Shown here piece by piece: positions 17,908 through 26,800 of a stretch of 64,000 bases of DNA. Under the pieces are notes generated by a model that saw nothing but the letters and a program-made list of their open reading frames with translations, was not told the origin of the DNA and did no database searches. Positions within the stretch are counted from its first letter, which is position 1. Each line of letters opens with the position of its first letter. The translations under genes were made by a program, and so were the position numbers. The stretch lies in assembly GCA_000092065.1 (NCBI GenBank), contig CP000600.1; one strand, 5' to 3'. This DNA comes from Ostreococcus lucimarinus (Eukaryota).

Positions 17908-18030
17908 ATGCGCGCGAGCGGCGCGTCGTCGTCGCTCGAGCGCGGCGTCGTCGTCGATGGACGACGCGCGCGACCGCGCGACGCGCGCGCGACGGCGACG
18001 GCGAGGACGCGGATCGCGACGACGCGAATC

Positions 18031-18065
<35 letters not shown>

Positions 18066-19548
18066 ACGGACGAGGACGAGGACGCGCGCGACGGCGACGC
18101 GCGTCGATGAGAAAGACGTCGATGAGGACGACGAGGAGGACGACGCGTACTACACGTGGCGCGTGGGGGGGGCGAACGATTTGAAGATCACGCACCTGCG
18201 GGACGTGCATCGCGGCGACGCGCCGCCGCGAGCGAGGCCGAGCCCGTTCTGCACGAAGAGCTCGTGCCCGCTGAACGTCGGACCGAGAACGTCGCTGACG
18301 TTTAATAGTAACTTTGTGAGCAATAGTGATCGGATATTGCTGAACTCGGTGGCGTACGGGAGCGCGGCGGATCCGACGCAGACGTGCTCGTTGTCGAGCG
18401 ACGTGTACGACCCGAGCGGGTGCGATTACGTGCCGGAGTGGGTCGTCCGGGCGGGACCGAGGGCGGAGGTTTATTTCGATCCAGAGGAAGTGCACGCGGC
18501 GGTGGTGACGTGCGGAGGATTGTGCCCGGGAATCAATGACGTCATTCGATCGCTCGTGAACACCCTGGAGGTTGGCTACGGGGTGAAGAAGATTAGCGGC
18601 GTGCGATACGGATTTAAAGGGTTCTTCTCCGGCGACGAATTCATGCCGTTGAACAGGAAGGTGGTGAGAAACATTCACAACATCGGTGGGTCTGCGCTTG
18701 GATCCGGCAGAGGCGGTGGAGACGTGGAGAAAATCGTGGAATCTATCGTAAATAACGGAATCAACATGGTTTTCGTCATCGGCGGCAACGGCACGCACGC
18801 CGGGGCAAACGCGATAAGTAATGAATGCGCCAAGCGAGGGGTCAAGGTCTCCGTAGTGGGCGTCCCGAAGACGATAGATAACGATATCCTTCTTCTGGAT
18901 AAGACTTTTGGGTTCGACACCGCGGTCGAAGAGGCACAGAAAGCGATTCAAGCCGCGGCCATTGAGGCGCAGAGCGCCTATCGCGGCGTCGGCGTGGTGA
19001 AGCTCATGGGACGTCAGAGCGGATTTATAGCCATGTTCGCGACGCTGGCGAACGGACAAGTCGATTGCTGTTTGATTCCCGAGATTAGCTGGGCGGCACA
19101 CGGCCCGAATGGCGTGGTCGAGTACGTTCGAAACATGTTGGACGCTCAAGGTCACGCCGTCGTCGTCCTCGCCGAGGGCGCCGGCCAAGAGTTCGTCTCC
19201 GCCGGCGGCACCGACGCCGGCGGTAACCCCAAGCTCGGTGACATCGGTCAATGGTTTTGCAAGCAACTCAAAGCCGAGATCAAGTGCGACGTCAAGTACA
19301 TCGATCCCACGTACATGGTTCGCGGTTGCGTCGCCAACGCCCACGATTCCATCATGTGCACCGTCCTCGGCCAAAACGCCGTCCACGGCGCCTTCGCCGG
19401 TTTCACCGGCATCTCCGTCGGCTCCGTCAGCGCGCACACCGCGTTTTTACCGATCCCTCGCATGATCGAGCGCGAGCGTTTGGTCGATCCCGACGGTCGC
19501 ATGTGGCACCGCACCCTGGCCAGCACCGGGCAGCCAGACTTCTTCTGA
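17908..19548 (+). CDS. PFK: ATP-dependent 6-phosphofructokinase (plant-type PFK) with N-terminal extension
   Basis: Motifs are TCGGLCPGINDVIR, VFVIGGNGTHAGA, GVPKTIDNDI, FGFDTAVEEAQ and MGRQSGFIA. The Thr/Arg-rich N-terminus is encoded by (GAC)n/(ACG)n. Confidence 0.9.
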
Positions 19549-19657
19549 CTTTGTCTGTTTGTAACGCCACGCACCCGCGACGCGGATTCAAACCCTGTGT
19601 TTTTTGTCCCGCGTCGACGCGACGCGACGCGCGACAGCGACGCGCGCGCGATCGAAC

Positions 19658-21578
19658 ATGGCCGACGCCGCCGATGAACCGACGCTGAAGGAGTTCCCGG
19701 AGTTCCCGGGCGAGCCGATGAGCAAGAGGTGCGGCGCGACGCGCGCGAAAGACGCGACGACGACGGCGGATGGCGCGATGGCTGGCGCGATGGATGGATG
19801 GCGCGACGGCGCGACGGTGACGCGCGACGCGAACGAGGACGACGACGACGGACGCGAGACTGACGACGCACTCGCGCGCGCGATGACGACGACGGCGCAG
19901 TGAGTATAAGAAACGGCTGAAACAGAGACAAAACGAAGAGAAGAAGGCGGCCAAGGACGCGGCCAAGGCGGAGGCGGAGGCGGCAAAGCCGAAGAAGGAG
20001 AAGAGCGAAGAGGACGACGAAGCGGATTTGGACCCGACGCAGTACACGCAAAATCGAATTAATAAGGTGCTTAGCGCGAAAGCGAAGGGAGAGTCGCCGT
20101 ATCCGCACAAGTATCACGTCGATACGCGCGTGGGGGAGTTTATCGAAAAGTATTCCGGGTTGGCGGATGGGACGACGGCCGAGGGCGAGAGCGCGTCCGT
20201 GGCGGGACGCATCATGTCTAAACGGGCGAGCGGGAAGAAATTGTACTTTTACGATCTTATTGCGGATGGTAAGAAGATTCAAGTGACCGCGGATGAGGGT
20301 GCGGCATCGGGATATGATTTCCAAAAGATTCACAGCGCGACGAGACGCGGGGACATTGTCGGCGTCAAGGGTACGCCCGGGAAGACGAAACGTGGGGAGC
20401 TCTCGCTGTTCCCGTCTAATTTTGAGATCTTGACCCCGTGCTTGAAGATGCTTCCCGGTTTTTCGGGGTTGAAGGATGTCGAAACGCGCTTCCGCATGCG
20501 CTTTTTGGATTTGATGATGAACAACGAAGTTCGCGACACGTTTTACATCCGATCCAACATCATTCGATACATCCGCAAGTACTTGGATGATCGCGATTTC
20601 CTTGAGGTTGAGACGCCGATGATGAATATGATCGCCGGTGGTGCCACCGCGCGACCGTTCATCACCCACCACAACGACTTGAACATGACGCTCTACATGC
20701 GCATCGCGCCCGAGCTTTACCTCAAACAGCTCGTCGTCGGAGGTATCGAGCGCGTGTACGAAATCGGTCGTCAGTTCCGTAACGAAGGGATCGATATGAC
20801 GCATAACCCTGAGTTTACCACTTGTGAGTTCTATCAAGCGTACGCCGATTACGATGACTTGATGCAAATGACTGAAGAGATGATCTCCGGCATGGTGTAC
20901 GCCATCAAGGGCTCGTACAAGATTCAATACCACGCCAAGGGCCCGGATGAGGATCCGATTGAGATTGATTTCACGCCGCCGTTCCGCCGCATCTCCATGG
21001 TTAGCGGTCTCGAAGAAGCGCTCAACATCAAGTTCCCATCCACTGACTTCTCTACGCAAGAAAACGAAGATTTCTTGAAGGAATTAATCAAGAAGTTGGG
21101 CGTCGAAATGTCTCCACCGTACACCACGGCGCGTATGCTCGATGAGCTCGTCGGCGAATACTTGGAGTCTCAACTCGTCAACCCGGGTTTCATTTGCGAC
21201 CATCCGCAAATTATGTCCCCTTTGGCCAAGTATCATCGCAATATTCCCGGTATGACCGAGCGTTTCGAGCTCTTCGTGAACACGAAGGAGCTTTGCAACG
21301 CGTACACCGAGTTGAACGATCCTATCGATCAACGCGAGCGCTTTGACGAGCAAGCCAAGGCGAAATCTAGCGGCGATGACGAAGCGATGCTTATCGATGA
21401 AGTGTTCGTGCAATCTTTGGAGTACGGTTTGCCGCCCACCGGGGGCTGGGGCTTGGGCGTCGATCGCCTCACGATGCTTCTCGCGGACAAGAACAACATC
21501 AAGGAGGTCTTGCTCTTCCCGGCGATGAAACCGGAAGAAAACATCCCGGCCGACGGGATGAAGAATCTGTCCGTGTAA
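19658..21578 (+). CDS. KARS: lysine--tRNA ligase, class II (2 exons: 19658..19728, 19901..21578)
   Basis: Exon 1 is [23 protein letters not shown] with an ag|GTGCGG donor. Exon 2 begins (S)[18 protein letters not shown]..., the typical eukaryotic KRS lysine-rich N-helix. The OB fold follows ([20 protein letters not shown]) with class II motifs ([29 protein letters not shown]). The main ORF has no ATG upstream of 20028. Confidence 0.9.
19729..19900 (+). other. spliceosomal intron (172 nt) of LysRS
   Basis: GTGCGG donor, gagACTGACgac branch box 32 nt upstream of the GCGCAG acceptor. The phase (2 nt + 1 nt) restores the downstream frame exactly. Confidence 0.8.
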
Positions 21579-21708
21579 CCCCTACGCGATGGACGCGCAC
21601 GATTAAGAGATATCTACAGACGACGAATGAAATAATTAATTCCTAGAAAAGTGAGTCTCAAATCACAACAAATTATAAAAGCCACGGCGCGCGTTCGCTC
21701 GGCGCCGT

Positions 21709-22079
21709 TTACTCCTTCTTCACCGGCGAATCCATGGTTTCGACCGCCGAGAGGTCACCGAGGTCGCCGAAGCGATTGGCGAAGCGGCTCACTTGACCCG
21801 CATCCGTCATGATCGCCGACGATCGTCCTTGAAAGAACGGGTGGTTGCCGCTCCAAATATCCACGACGTACTCCGCTTGCGTGCCTCCCACCGTCATGAC
21901 TTCCTCCCCGTTGCAGAAAACCTTCGCTTCCTCGAACCACTCCGGCTGTTCCTTCGCGCCTTCCTTCTTCGCGTGCATCTTCACCGACGCCCGTCGGGCC
22001 TGCGCATCATCGAAACGAAACGCTCAAAGTCAGTCTCCCTCGCGGCGCGAATAGGTTTTATTTTATCTACGCCAGCCAT
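21709..22079 (-). CDS. organellar ribosomal protein bL31 (main exon 21999..21709; tentative 9-nt first exon 22079..22071)
   Basis: L31 signature: KVFCNGEEVMTVGGTQAEYVVDIWSGNHPFFQGRSSAIMTDAGQVSRFANRFG. The conservative start is the ATG at 21978 (MHAKKEG...). A possible upstream micro-exon ATGGCTGGC|GTAGAT joins in phase 0 to ARRASVKMHAKK.... Confidence 0.8.
22000..22070 (-). other. tentative intron (71 nt) near the 5' end of the bL31 gene
   Basis: gagACTGACttt branch box 26 nt upstream of a GCGCAG acceptor, AT-rich body, non-consensus GTAGAT donor. Without splicing, the first AUG opens a 33-codon out-of-frame uORF that overlaps the L31 start. Confidence 0.4.
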
Positions 22080-22511
22080 CCACCGCGCGCGTCCCGCGGT
22101 CGTCTCCCGCGCCCCGCGCCCGATCTCGCGTTCGTTTCCGCGCGCGCGCGAGATTTAAAATTATCCCGCGCCCCGTCCTCGCGCCGCCGTCCTCGCCCGA
22201 TCCCGCGCGCGCGCGTCCCTCGTCCGTCGTCGTCGCGCGCGCGTCGCTAGGGTCGTCCCCGTCGTGACGTCGCGCCGCGTTCGCGGTCGCTCGCGTCGTC
22301 GTCGCGCACCTCTCGTCGCTGCGCGCGCGCGCCGGCGGTGGCGGTAAATCTCGTCGTCGTCGTCGTCGTCGTCGCGTGCATCGCGTCGATCGCGTCGCGC
22401 GTCGCGGTGTCCCAATCGCGTCGCCGCGCGCGACGCCCGGCGTCGCCGAGCGAGACCTTCCCGTGAACGCGCCACACGGATCTTTTGAGACCACGAGACG
22501 GCGACGTCCCG

Positions 22512-22549
<38 letters not shown>

Positions 22550-22586
22550 CGCGCAGACGACGACGCGCGCGCGGACGACGGGCGCG

Positions 22587-23519
22587 ATGTCCGCGCACGC
22601 GGTGACGGCGACGACCGCGAGCGATGGGACGTGCGCGACGACGGACGAGCCGAGCGAGTGCGCGTCGAGGAAGCGCGGACGCGGTGGCGCGACGGCGACG
22701 ACGACGAGCGAACGCGACTGCGGGACGAGGGACGGACCGGAGTCGAGCGCGGGACAGGGGACGACGCTGTATAAGCGACGACAGCGACAGGCGCGGAGAA
22801 GCGTGAATGGACGAGAGTTCGCGCGGCGATTGATTGATTTTCGAGGATTTGACTTGAGCGAGACGCAGGCGAACGACATCGCGCGGTTTATTGAATTGTT
22901 GCCGGAGGAGATGGAAGAACGCGTGCGTGAGACGCTGGAGAATTGTAGTGATATTGATGATGCGATCGGGAAGCTGGCGAGCGTGAAGATGGTGGAGCAG
23001 ACGGCGCAGTGCTCGGTGGGCGATTTCGTGAGCGAGGCGGCGATCTCCGAGGCGGCGAATAGCGCGGGAGGCGAGGGGAACGCGGGAGATGTTGGTGAAC
23101 GCGAAATGGGGACGGCCACGTCGAGCGCGCCCGTGTTGACGATGGAGTGGGTAAACGCGATCGTGAACGAGATGGGAGCCTCGGTGGACGTGTCGGATGC
23201 GCAGAATCGCGCTTCGCGAGTCTTGCAAACATTTGAGGGCGCCGTGAGACAGAGATGCGCGGAGTTTAACGATTATAGCAAAGTGATGAAGATGAAGCGA
23301 GAGAACGCTTTGTTGAAGCGTGCGGTGGCGATTCAGAACTCACGCATGCAAGACTTGGCGCCGCTTCAGGCCCGCGTGCGCGAACTCGAAGCCGCGTGCG
23401 CGCAGTACGACGACAGGCTCAAGACGGCGGAGAGACAAAATTACTCGCTCAGCGTCAACTTAAGGCTCGCTATGGCGGAACAGTCGCCGTTTGGTTCGAA
23501 AAACCACGATGTATTTTGA
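22587..23519 (+). CDS. CUE-domain-like / coiled-coil protein (plant 'ubiquitin system component Cue' type)
   Basis: The first ATG is at 22587; the track ORF starts at a TTG. The block MEWVNAIVNEMGASVDVSDAQNRASRVLQTFE is followed by a coiled coil (KRENALLKRAVAIQNSRMQDLAPLQARVRELEAA), as in plant Cue proteins. Recognised from memory only. Confidence 0.5.
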   Translation: MSAHAVTATTASDGTCATTDEPSECASRKRGRGGATATTTSERDCGTRDGPESSAGQGTTLYKRRQRQARRSVNGREFARRLIDFRGFDLSETQANDIARFIELLPEEMEERVRETLENCSDIDDAIGKLASVKMVEQTAQCSVGDFVSEAAISEAANSAGGEGNAGDVGEREMGTATSSAPVLTMEWVNAIVNEMGASVDVSDAQNRASRVLQTFEGAVRQRCAEFNDYSKVMKMKRENALLKRAVAIQNSRMQDLAPLQARVRELEAACAQYDDRLKTAERQNYSLSVNLRLAMAEQSPFGSKNHDVF

Positions 23520-23606
23520 TAGAGAGTGCGGACGTTGACGCTGCAAAAGCGCGATAGCTTTCCAACTCTACGATGTAATAAATGTACACAAAAATCGCTA
23601 CTATTG

Positions 23607-25334
23607 TTATACTTGCGACGTCGTCGCGTCGTCGTCGTCCTGGCGCCATCCCGGTGGACCTCTAAGGTATCGAAACGTGATATTGATTCGTTCTTTTCCG
23701 TTCGTCGGGACGCGATTCTTCGGCACCGCGTGATAATGAGTGTGCTGCAAGGAACCGTCCATCACCATCAGCGAGCCGTGCTCGAGAAAGATTGATGTCT
23801 TCTTCTTCGCTCGAGATTTCACCTGAACGTCAAACTTTCTCGTGTGACCGACGCTCACGGCCGCGATACACGCGTTTTTACCGAGTTCGGGTTCGTCATC
23901 GGCGTGAAACGCCATGGAATCGTCCCCATCGCGATAACGATTTAAAAGTATATGGTTGAACGTCGCGCCGCATTTCGCCTCAACCGCGGTCTGCAGGCGG
24001 CGCAACACCTCAGGCACGGGTACCGGATCGAGCGTCTGGCCACTATATTTGTACGGTAGATCGCCCGCCCACGACACGAGTCTCGGTTGGACGACTTCTT
24101 TCGTGACGCCTTTGTCGGGTTGCCAAACGACGATGGAGCGCTGCGCCCATGTCACGGGCGGCGACGACACGAGGCTAGACAACAGTTCGTTCGCCGCGTC
24201 TTCGTCGAGGAATTGACGACAAATGCCTAATCTCCCATCGGACTCCTCTGGGTCGACGACTTTGTACACTAACTCGGTCGGATTGTCGTCGAATCCTTCG
24301 AAACTGCTAACGATTTGCCGCTCGAGTTCCGCCTCGACGTTGCGTCGCTGTTCTTCCACGTTCACGCCGAAAAATTCGAGCAAAATCGCTTCCATCTCGT
24401 CGTAGTGCGCAACATCTTCCCGTAATCGTGAAACAGCGACGGCGTCGCCCGCGTCCGCGAGCCGCTCGAGTCGCGTCAAGTTTAGGCTCGACTGCCTGCG
24501 CACCTCGCGAACCCATTCCAGACGTTTTTTGACGTACAACTTGAGCAACGGCGACTCTTTCGGAGATTGTGCGCCCAAACACGGGCCTATGATTTCATCT
24601 CTCATCGTGAACGGTCGTTTCGTCGCAGCCGTCTCGTTCTCCGCGCACAGAATCAGATGCATCGTTCCGTTTTCCACGACGAGCCGCTCGTCGACGACGC
24701 GATAGTCGTTCGCGCGCAACCATCGACGCACTTGCGCGCCATCTTTCGCCGGCGGATTCAACACTACGCGCTTTAAACTTCCGCGTCGGTTTCCCGACCC
24801 CCCACACCCGCCCTCCTCGAGCACGCGCGCCATGGTATTCGCCCCCACGCCCGCGACGACCAAGACGTCGACGCGCTCGTCGTCCCGCAGCGCCGACAAC
24901 CCGTCGCCCAGTCTCAAATCCACCGTATCCACCGCCGCGCCATCACCGCCGACCATCTCCACTTCTTTTTTCGCCCTCGCCACGTTCTTTTTCGCGCGTT
25001 CAATCTCCGCCTCGCTTCGATCGATCGCGACGACTCGCGTCGCGTTCGCCTCGGACGCGCAGCCGAGCGCCAGCAGCGCGTGTCCGCAGCAGCAATCCAC
25101 CACGACGCCCTCCCCGTCGCCGTCTTCGATCGCGCTCATCGCTCGCAGCGCTTGCAACCGAGACGACCACGCCCACGACGCCGCGCGCGGGACGTCGTCG
25201 CGGTCGAGCGCGGGCGCGTCCGGGGCGTCGCGCGCTCTGAACCGCGCGCGCGCGTCCCCGCGGCGGCGACGTCCCGCCGCGCGACGAGGCGTCGACGTCG
25301 ACGTCGCGCTCGACGCGCGCGCGCTCGACCGCAT
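23607..25334 (-). CDS. fusion protein: TrmK-like tRNA (adenine-N1) methyltransferase fold + AlkB (ALKBH2/3-type) Fe(II)/2-oxoglutarate dioxygenase (575 aa)
   Basis: Taken from the ATG at 25334 within track ORF 23607..26306. TrmK landmarks are SSRLQALRAM, VVDCCCGHALLALG, AIDRSEAEIERAKKNV, RLGDGLSAL, VLVVAGVGANTMARVLEEG, LKRVVLNPP and VRRWLRANDYRVVDERLVVENGTMHLIL. AlkB landmarks are LLNRYRDGDDSMAFHADDEPELG, GSLMVMDGSLQHTHYHAVPK and ERINITFRYL. There is no stop between the halves. The ORF portion above 25334 is antisense to MAD2. Confidence 0.8.
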   Translation of the reverse strand: MRSSARASSATSTSTPRRAAGRRRRGDARARFRARDAPDAPALDRDDVPRAASWAWSSRLQALRAMSAIEDGDGEGVVVDCCCGHALLALGCASEANATRVVAIDRSEAEIERAKKNVARAKKEVEMVGGDGAAVDTVDLRLGDGLSALRDDERVDVLVVAGVGANTMARVLEEGGCGGSGNRRGSLKRVVLNPPAKDGAQVRRWLRANDYRVVDERLVVENGTMHLILCAENETAATKRPFTMRDEIIGPCLGAQSPKESPLLKLYVKKRLEWVREVRRQSSLNLTRLERLADAGDAVAVSRLREDVAHYDEMEAILLEFFGVNVEEQRRNVEAELERQIVSSFEGFDDNPTELVYKVVDPEESDGRLGICRQFLDEDAANELLSSLVSSPPVTWAQRSIVVWQPDKGVTKEVVQPRLVSWAGDLPYKYSGQTLDPVPVPEVLRRLQTAVEAKCGATFNHILLNRYRDGDDSMAFHADDEPELGKNACIAAVSVGHTRKFDVQVKSRAKKKTSIFLEHGSLMVMDGSLQHTHYHAVPKNRVPTNGKERINITFRYLRGPPGWRQDDDDATTSQV

Positions 25335-25524
25335 GGTCGACGCCGCGACGCGCCGGCGCCCGCGAGCGCGCGACGTCGGCGTGTGCGCGGCGTCGCGAGG
25401 GCGACGGACGCTCGCGCTCGACCTCGACGTCCAGGCGCCGACGTCGAGCGCGGGATCGGTTTGAATCGAAACCGCAGTGAAACGCGCGCTCGAGCGCGCC
25501 GACGCCGCGACGCTCGAACGCGAC

Positions 25525-25893
25525 ATGGCGCAAGAGCAACGGCGCGGCGCGACGTCGAGCGCGATCACGCTCCGAGGGTCGACCGAGCTCGTGACGGAGT
25601 TTTTCGGGTACGCGGTGAACACCATCTTGTACCAGCGCGGGGTGTACCCGGCGGAGGAGTTTGAACGAAAGAAAAAGTACGGACTCGGGGTGATGGTGAC
25701 GAACGAACCGAAATTAAAGGAATACTTGGTCGCCGCGCTCGAACGCGTGAACGCGTGGTTGATGGAGAAGGATTTGAAAAAGTTGGTGCTGGTGCTCGCG
25801 GACGCGAAGACTGGGGAGACGCTGGAGCGCTGGACGTTCGACGTGGAGACGGATGCGGAGATCGTGGATGAGAACGGTGGTGATGCGAACGGA

Positions 25894-25943
<50 letters not shown>

Positions 25944-26208
25944 GGAGAAGCCGGAGAAGGAAATTATGCAAGAGATACAAGCCATCATTCGGCAAATCAC
26001 GGCTTCGGTGACGTTTTTGCCTCTGCTCGATCGCGAGTGCGCGTTCGAACTCTTGGCGTACACGGACGCGGCGAGCGCGACGCCGGAGGAGTGCGAAGAG
26101 AGCGATCCGAAGTATGTTCGAGACGGCGTCGAGATGCGGTTGCGTTCGTTTAGCACGAAGATCCATACCGTCGACGCGGGGGTGTCGTACAAGACGGAGG
26201 ACGACTGA
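25525..26208 (+). CDS. MAD2: mitotic spindle assembly checkpoint protein MAD2 (HORMA domain)
   Basis: From the ATG at 25525: MAQEQRRGATSSAITLRGSTELVTEFFGYAVNTILYQRGVYPAEEF, YGLGVMVT, LERWTFDVE, IRQITASVTFLPLL and VEMRLRSFSTKIHTV. It is collinear with human MAD2L1. Confidence 0.9.
25894..25941 (+). repeat. (ACG)16 microsatellite encoding a 16-Thr run inside MAD2
   Basis: Perfect trinucleotide repeat, in frame. It lies in the loop equivalent to human DKTAKDDSAPREKSQK, between LERWxFD and the IRQITA helix. Confidence 0.95.
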
Positions 26209-26407
26209 ACCGCGAGCGAGAGCGACATTTGTAATATCAACCAACGAAGCCGACGCAACGCGCAGCGCGTACGGTGAATGCGGTACGCGCTCGACGCCCA
26301 ATTCAACTCGCATCGTCCGACGAACGCTAAGTCTTTACGTACAAGCCGAAATTAAACGCGCCGACGTCGGCCGGCGCGCGCGACGCGACGCGCGACGTTG
26401 ACCGAGC

Positions 26408-26800
26408 TCACCCCGAATCGGCGTCCGATGTCGACGAAAAGTTAGGACAAGCTAGAACGTGTAACTCTCGTGTCGTCACAAAAGTTTCGGCGACGTTCGC
26501 GCCGTCGAGCGGTGCGAAGTCGCGCCGAACCATCGCGAGCAAACCATCACACACCATCTCAAATGATGCAAAATCCATCATTCGGGCGCTTAAATCGCGT
26601 CCGAATTCGACGAAAAGTTGGGAAAAGCTGGAGAACGAAAAGTTCTCGCCGTCGGCGCGAAAAGCATAAAGAAACCAAGCGATACCGGGGGTTCCTGACG
26701 TCTTCCGACATCGGTACTTATCCGGCCCACGCGGTCTTAACTGAGAAGTTCCGATGGGTTTCTGTGATTTTCCGCGGGTGTGGTCGCTTGATGACACCAT
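26408..26800 (-). CDS. candidate small orphan protein (130 aa), low confidence
   Basis: This is the only protein-like ORF in an otherwise unassigned interval of about 1 kb (MVSSSDHTRGK...GIAWFLYAFRADGENFSFSSFSQLFVEFGRDLSARMMDFASFEMVCDGLLAMV...). Its position fits the local architecture: tail-to-tail with MAD2 and head-to-head with the Ldh_2 gene. It has low GC3 and no recognised family. Confidence 0.3.
   Translation of the reverse strand: MVSSSDHTRGKSQKPIGTSQLRPRGPDKYRCRKTSGTPGIAWFLYAFRADGENFSFSSFSQLFVEFGRDLSARMMDFASFEMVCDGLLAMVRRDFAPLDGANVAETFVTTRELHVLACPNFSSTSDADSG

Noticed and set aside
17452-21059. Long minus-strand ORFs 17452..19437 (661 aa) and 19248..21059 (603 aa)
   Set aside because: They are codon-aligned antisense to PFK and LysRS, dominated by Arg/Ala/Val/His, and show no family resemblance. 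This is the same GC3 artefact. It also applies to 9824..11041 (antisense to transportin) and 26986..28362 (antisense to Ldh_2). It applies as well to 29185..31011 and 31048..32559 (antisense to GOGAT), 49243..51007 (antisense to COX15), 51898..52743 (antisense to PNGase) and 60317..61432 (antisense to EPSPS).
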